A stretch of DNA of 64,000 nucleotides from Octopus sinensis (Eukaryota). A program made the translations under genes and the position numbers. The notes under the pieces were generated by a model. It searched no databases. It saw only the letters and a list, made by a program, of their open reading frames with translations, and was not told where the DNA came from. The DNA is taken from contig NC_042998.1 of NCBI RefSeq assembly GCF_006345805.1, forward strand, positions 22,382,001 to 22,446,000, read 5' to 3'. Shown piece after piece: positions 62,108 through 64,000 of this stretch (positions are counted from its first letter, which is position 1; the number at the start of each line of letters is the position of its first letter).

Positions 62108-62335
62108 GGCGGCGAGCTGGCAGAAACGTTAGCACTCCGGGCGAAATGCGTAGCCGTATTTCGTCTGCCGTTACGTTCTGAGTTCAAATTCCGCCGAGGT
62201 CGACTTTGCCTTTCATCCTTTCGGGGTCGATTAAATAAGTACCAGTTACACACTGGGATCAACTTAATCCGTTTGTCTGTCCTTGTTTGTCCTCTCTATG
62301 TTTAGCCCCTTGTGGGTAGTAAAGAAATAGGTATT
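62108..62335 (+). mobile_element. SINE family A monomer
   Basis: ggcggcgagctggcagaaacgttag...aaagaaataggtatt. Confidence 0.92.
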
Positions 62336-62809
62336 GGAGATGACGGGGAGAGTCTTGCCTCAGGTAATTTATCGACTAAAAAAAAAAAGTAGCGAAGTGT
62401 TTGAAAGCTTCCACCATTAAATTGTAAACTCATAGATCCACTGTCCTGGTTTTATTATTCCGTGATGAAATTTGCCATTTGATTGGTTGGGCAGTTGTTG
62501 CAAGATCCGGTCGATCTGCTGTAGAGATTATATGTGATAGCCTCAATCCTGTTAGGAACTGTGCTGAGTATCACTTAGCAAATAGTAATATAAGTAGTTT
62601 CTCTCTAATATGATAAGTAATTCCTCCTTCATAATTTATTCCCGTATAACACTGATATATAATGCCAGTAGGATATGCTTTAGTTGAGCTTTTTGAGAGC
62701 TTACACGTGCAGTGAAACATTAGGAAGTATCTGAAGGGTTTTGCTAGAGATATCCAAGTATAACGGAAGAGGCATTTCTGTTGATCGAACAATTGCAAAA
62801 GTCATTGTC

Positions 62810-63215
62810 GAACCAGCTGGGAGAAACGTTAAAGCATCGTTAGAATACTTTTCTGTATTTGTTTCGGCTGTTTATGTGGAGTTCAAATCCTGCCGAGGTC
62901 AAATTTTCCCTACATTCTTTCAAAGTTGACAGAATAAGTACCAGTAAGGCGGTGAGATGGCAGAAACGTTAGCGCGCTGGACGAAATGCTTAGCGGTATT
63001 TCGTCTGCCGCTACGTTCTGAGTTCAAATTCCGACGAGGTCGACTTTGCCTTTCATCCTTTCGGGGTCGATAATTTAAGTACCAGTTACGCACTGGGGTC
63101 GATGTAATCGACTTAGCCCCTTTGTCTGTCCTTGTTTGTCCACTCTATGTTTAGCTCACTGAGGGCAATAAAGAAATAAGAATAAGTACCAGTGATGAAC
63201 TGGTGTCGATGTAGT
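62810..63215 (+). mobile_element. Young SINE A (62948-63180) inserted in an older SINE A
   Basis: agaataagtaccagt appears on both sides (62931 and 63179), consistent with a TSD. Confidence 0.8.
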
Positions 63216-63349
63216 TGCTTTTCCTTGTCTTTTGTTGTTATAACCGCTTAATTGTTTTATGTTTTATCTATTGAAATTAGAAAATGCCATAAAATCTTGC
63301 ATTTGTCTGTCTTAGATACGCTGTCAACTCGATAATTATAAATTTTTTA

Positions 63350-63880
63350 GTGAGTGGGAGAGTAGTGCACGCCATCAGAGTGACACTGGGGAACAAATAT
63401 ACAAAGCCCAGTATACCCATCATGACTACCCATCTGATAAGGGTATACCAGGCACATGCATCACAACCATATGTGCGCGACATGGTGATCTCATATAAGA
63501 GAAACAGCGCATGACCTTGCAGGTGGGACCCGTTAGATTTTTCTTCAGGTCAAGTAGCCCATCCTGCTCAAAAGGTCCCTGAATAAGGGTCGTTTAAGGA
63601 TGATGAACAACACACCCATGTTTCCAAAGAATTCCTCTCAACATATGGCGATGATGCTCTCCCACTAATACTGCTGCTCGTGATCAGAGATGCACATATC
63701 GTCAGCCACTAAGGGAATTGCTCAACTGGTTAAGGTCAAACAACTGACAAGCAAATCTGTGGTATTGAGCAGAATATTTGCTGTAGTTCATCTTTTATAC
63801 CAAGACAAAACAATGTACATCATAATAATTCCAATCATTTAAGATCAAAAGCCATGAAACTCACTGCCTGGTATCCTGAC
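63350..63880 (-). mobile_element. Family D element
   Basis: Homologous to 22584-23139 in reverse orientation. Confidence 0.85.
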
Positions 63881-64000
63881 TGGGATGCCATCAGCGATCA
63901 GGATGACCAGGATGTGTGGGCTTACTTGGTTGTCCCTGAGAGGAAACTATGCCCTTTTGGGAACTTTTATTGTTCAATTTTTGTTGTTAATTGTATTGTC

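Overview
AT-rich eukaryotic, non-coding, repeat-saturated DNA. The SINE families and microsatellite density suggest an octopus/coleoid cephalopod genome (inference from recalled repeat families, not from a search). I see no intact host gene; nearly all listed ORFs come from microsatellites or SINEs. Contents: (i) about 45 copies of three tRNA-headed SINE groups (my labels A, B, C/E), with modular heads and tails and head-to-tail multimers; (ii) 3' fragments of restriction-like-endonuclease LINEs (R4/Dong type), sorted into (TAA)n-flanked and (TACA)n-flanked lineages; (iii) a CR1/L2-group LINE end sharing its tail with SINE B; (iv) a full-length but dead Tc1 (DD34E) transposon; (v) four non-autonomous Helitrons and several MITEs; (vi) most interesting, a set of (TA)n-embedded non-coding elements carrying minimal type I hammerhead ribozyme motifs with palindromic stem III loops. 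These occur as a 567-bp tandem (retrozyme-like, 39366-40445) and as a fold-back pair (45032-46036), as expected for Penelope-type pseudo-LTRs/retrozymes. A possible HDV-like fold lies at about 29230-29280. Repeat boundaries were read by eye and are approximate.
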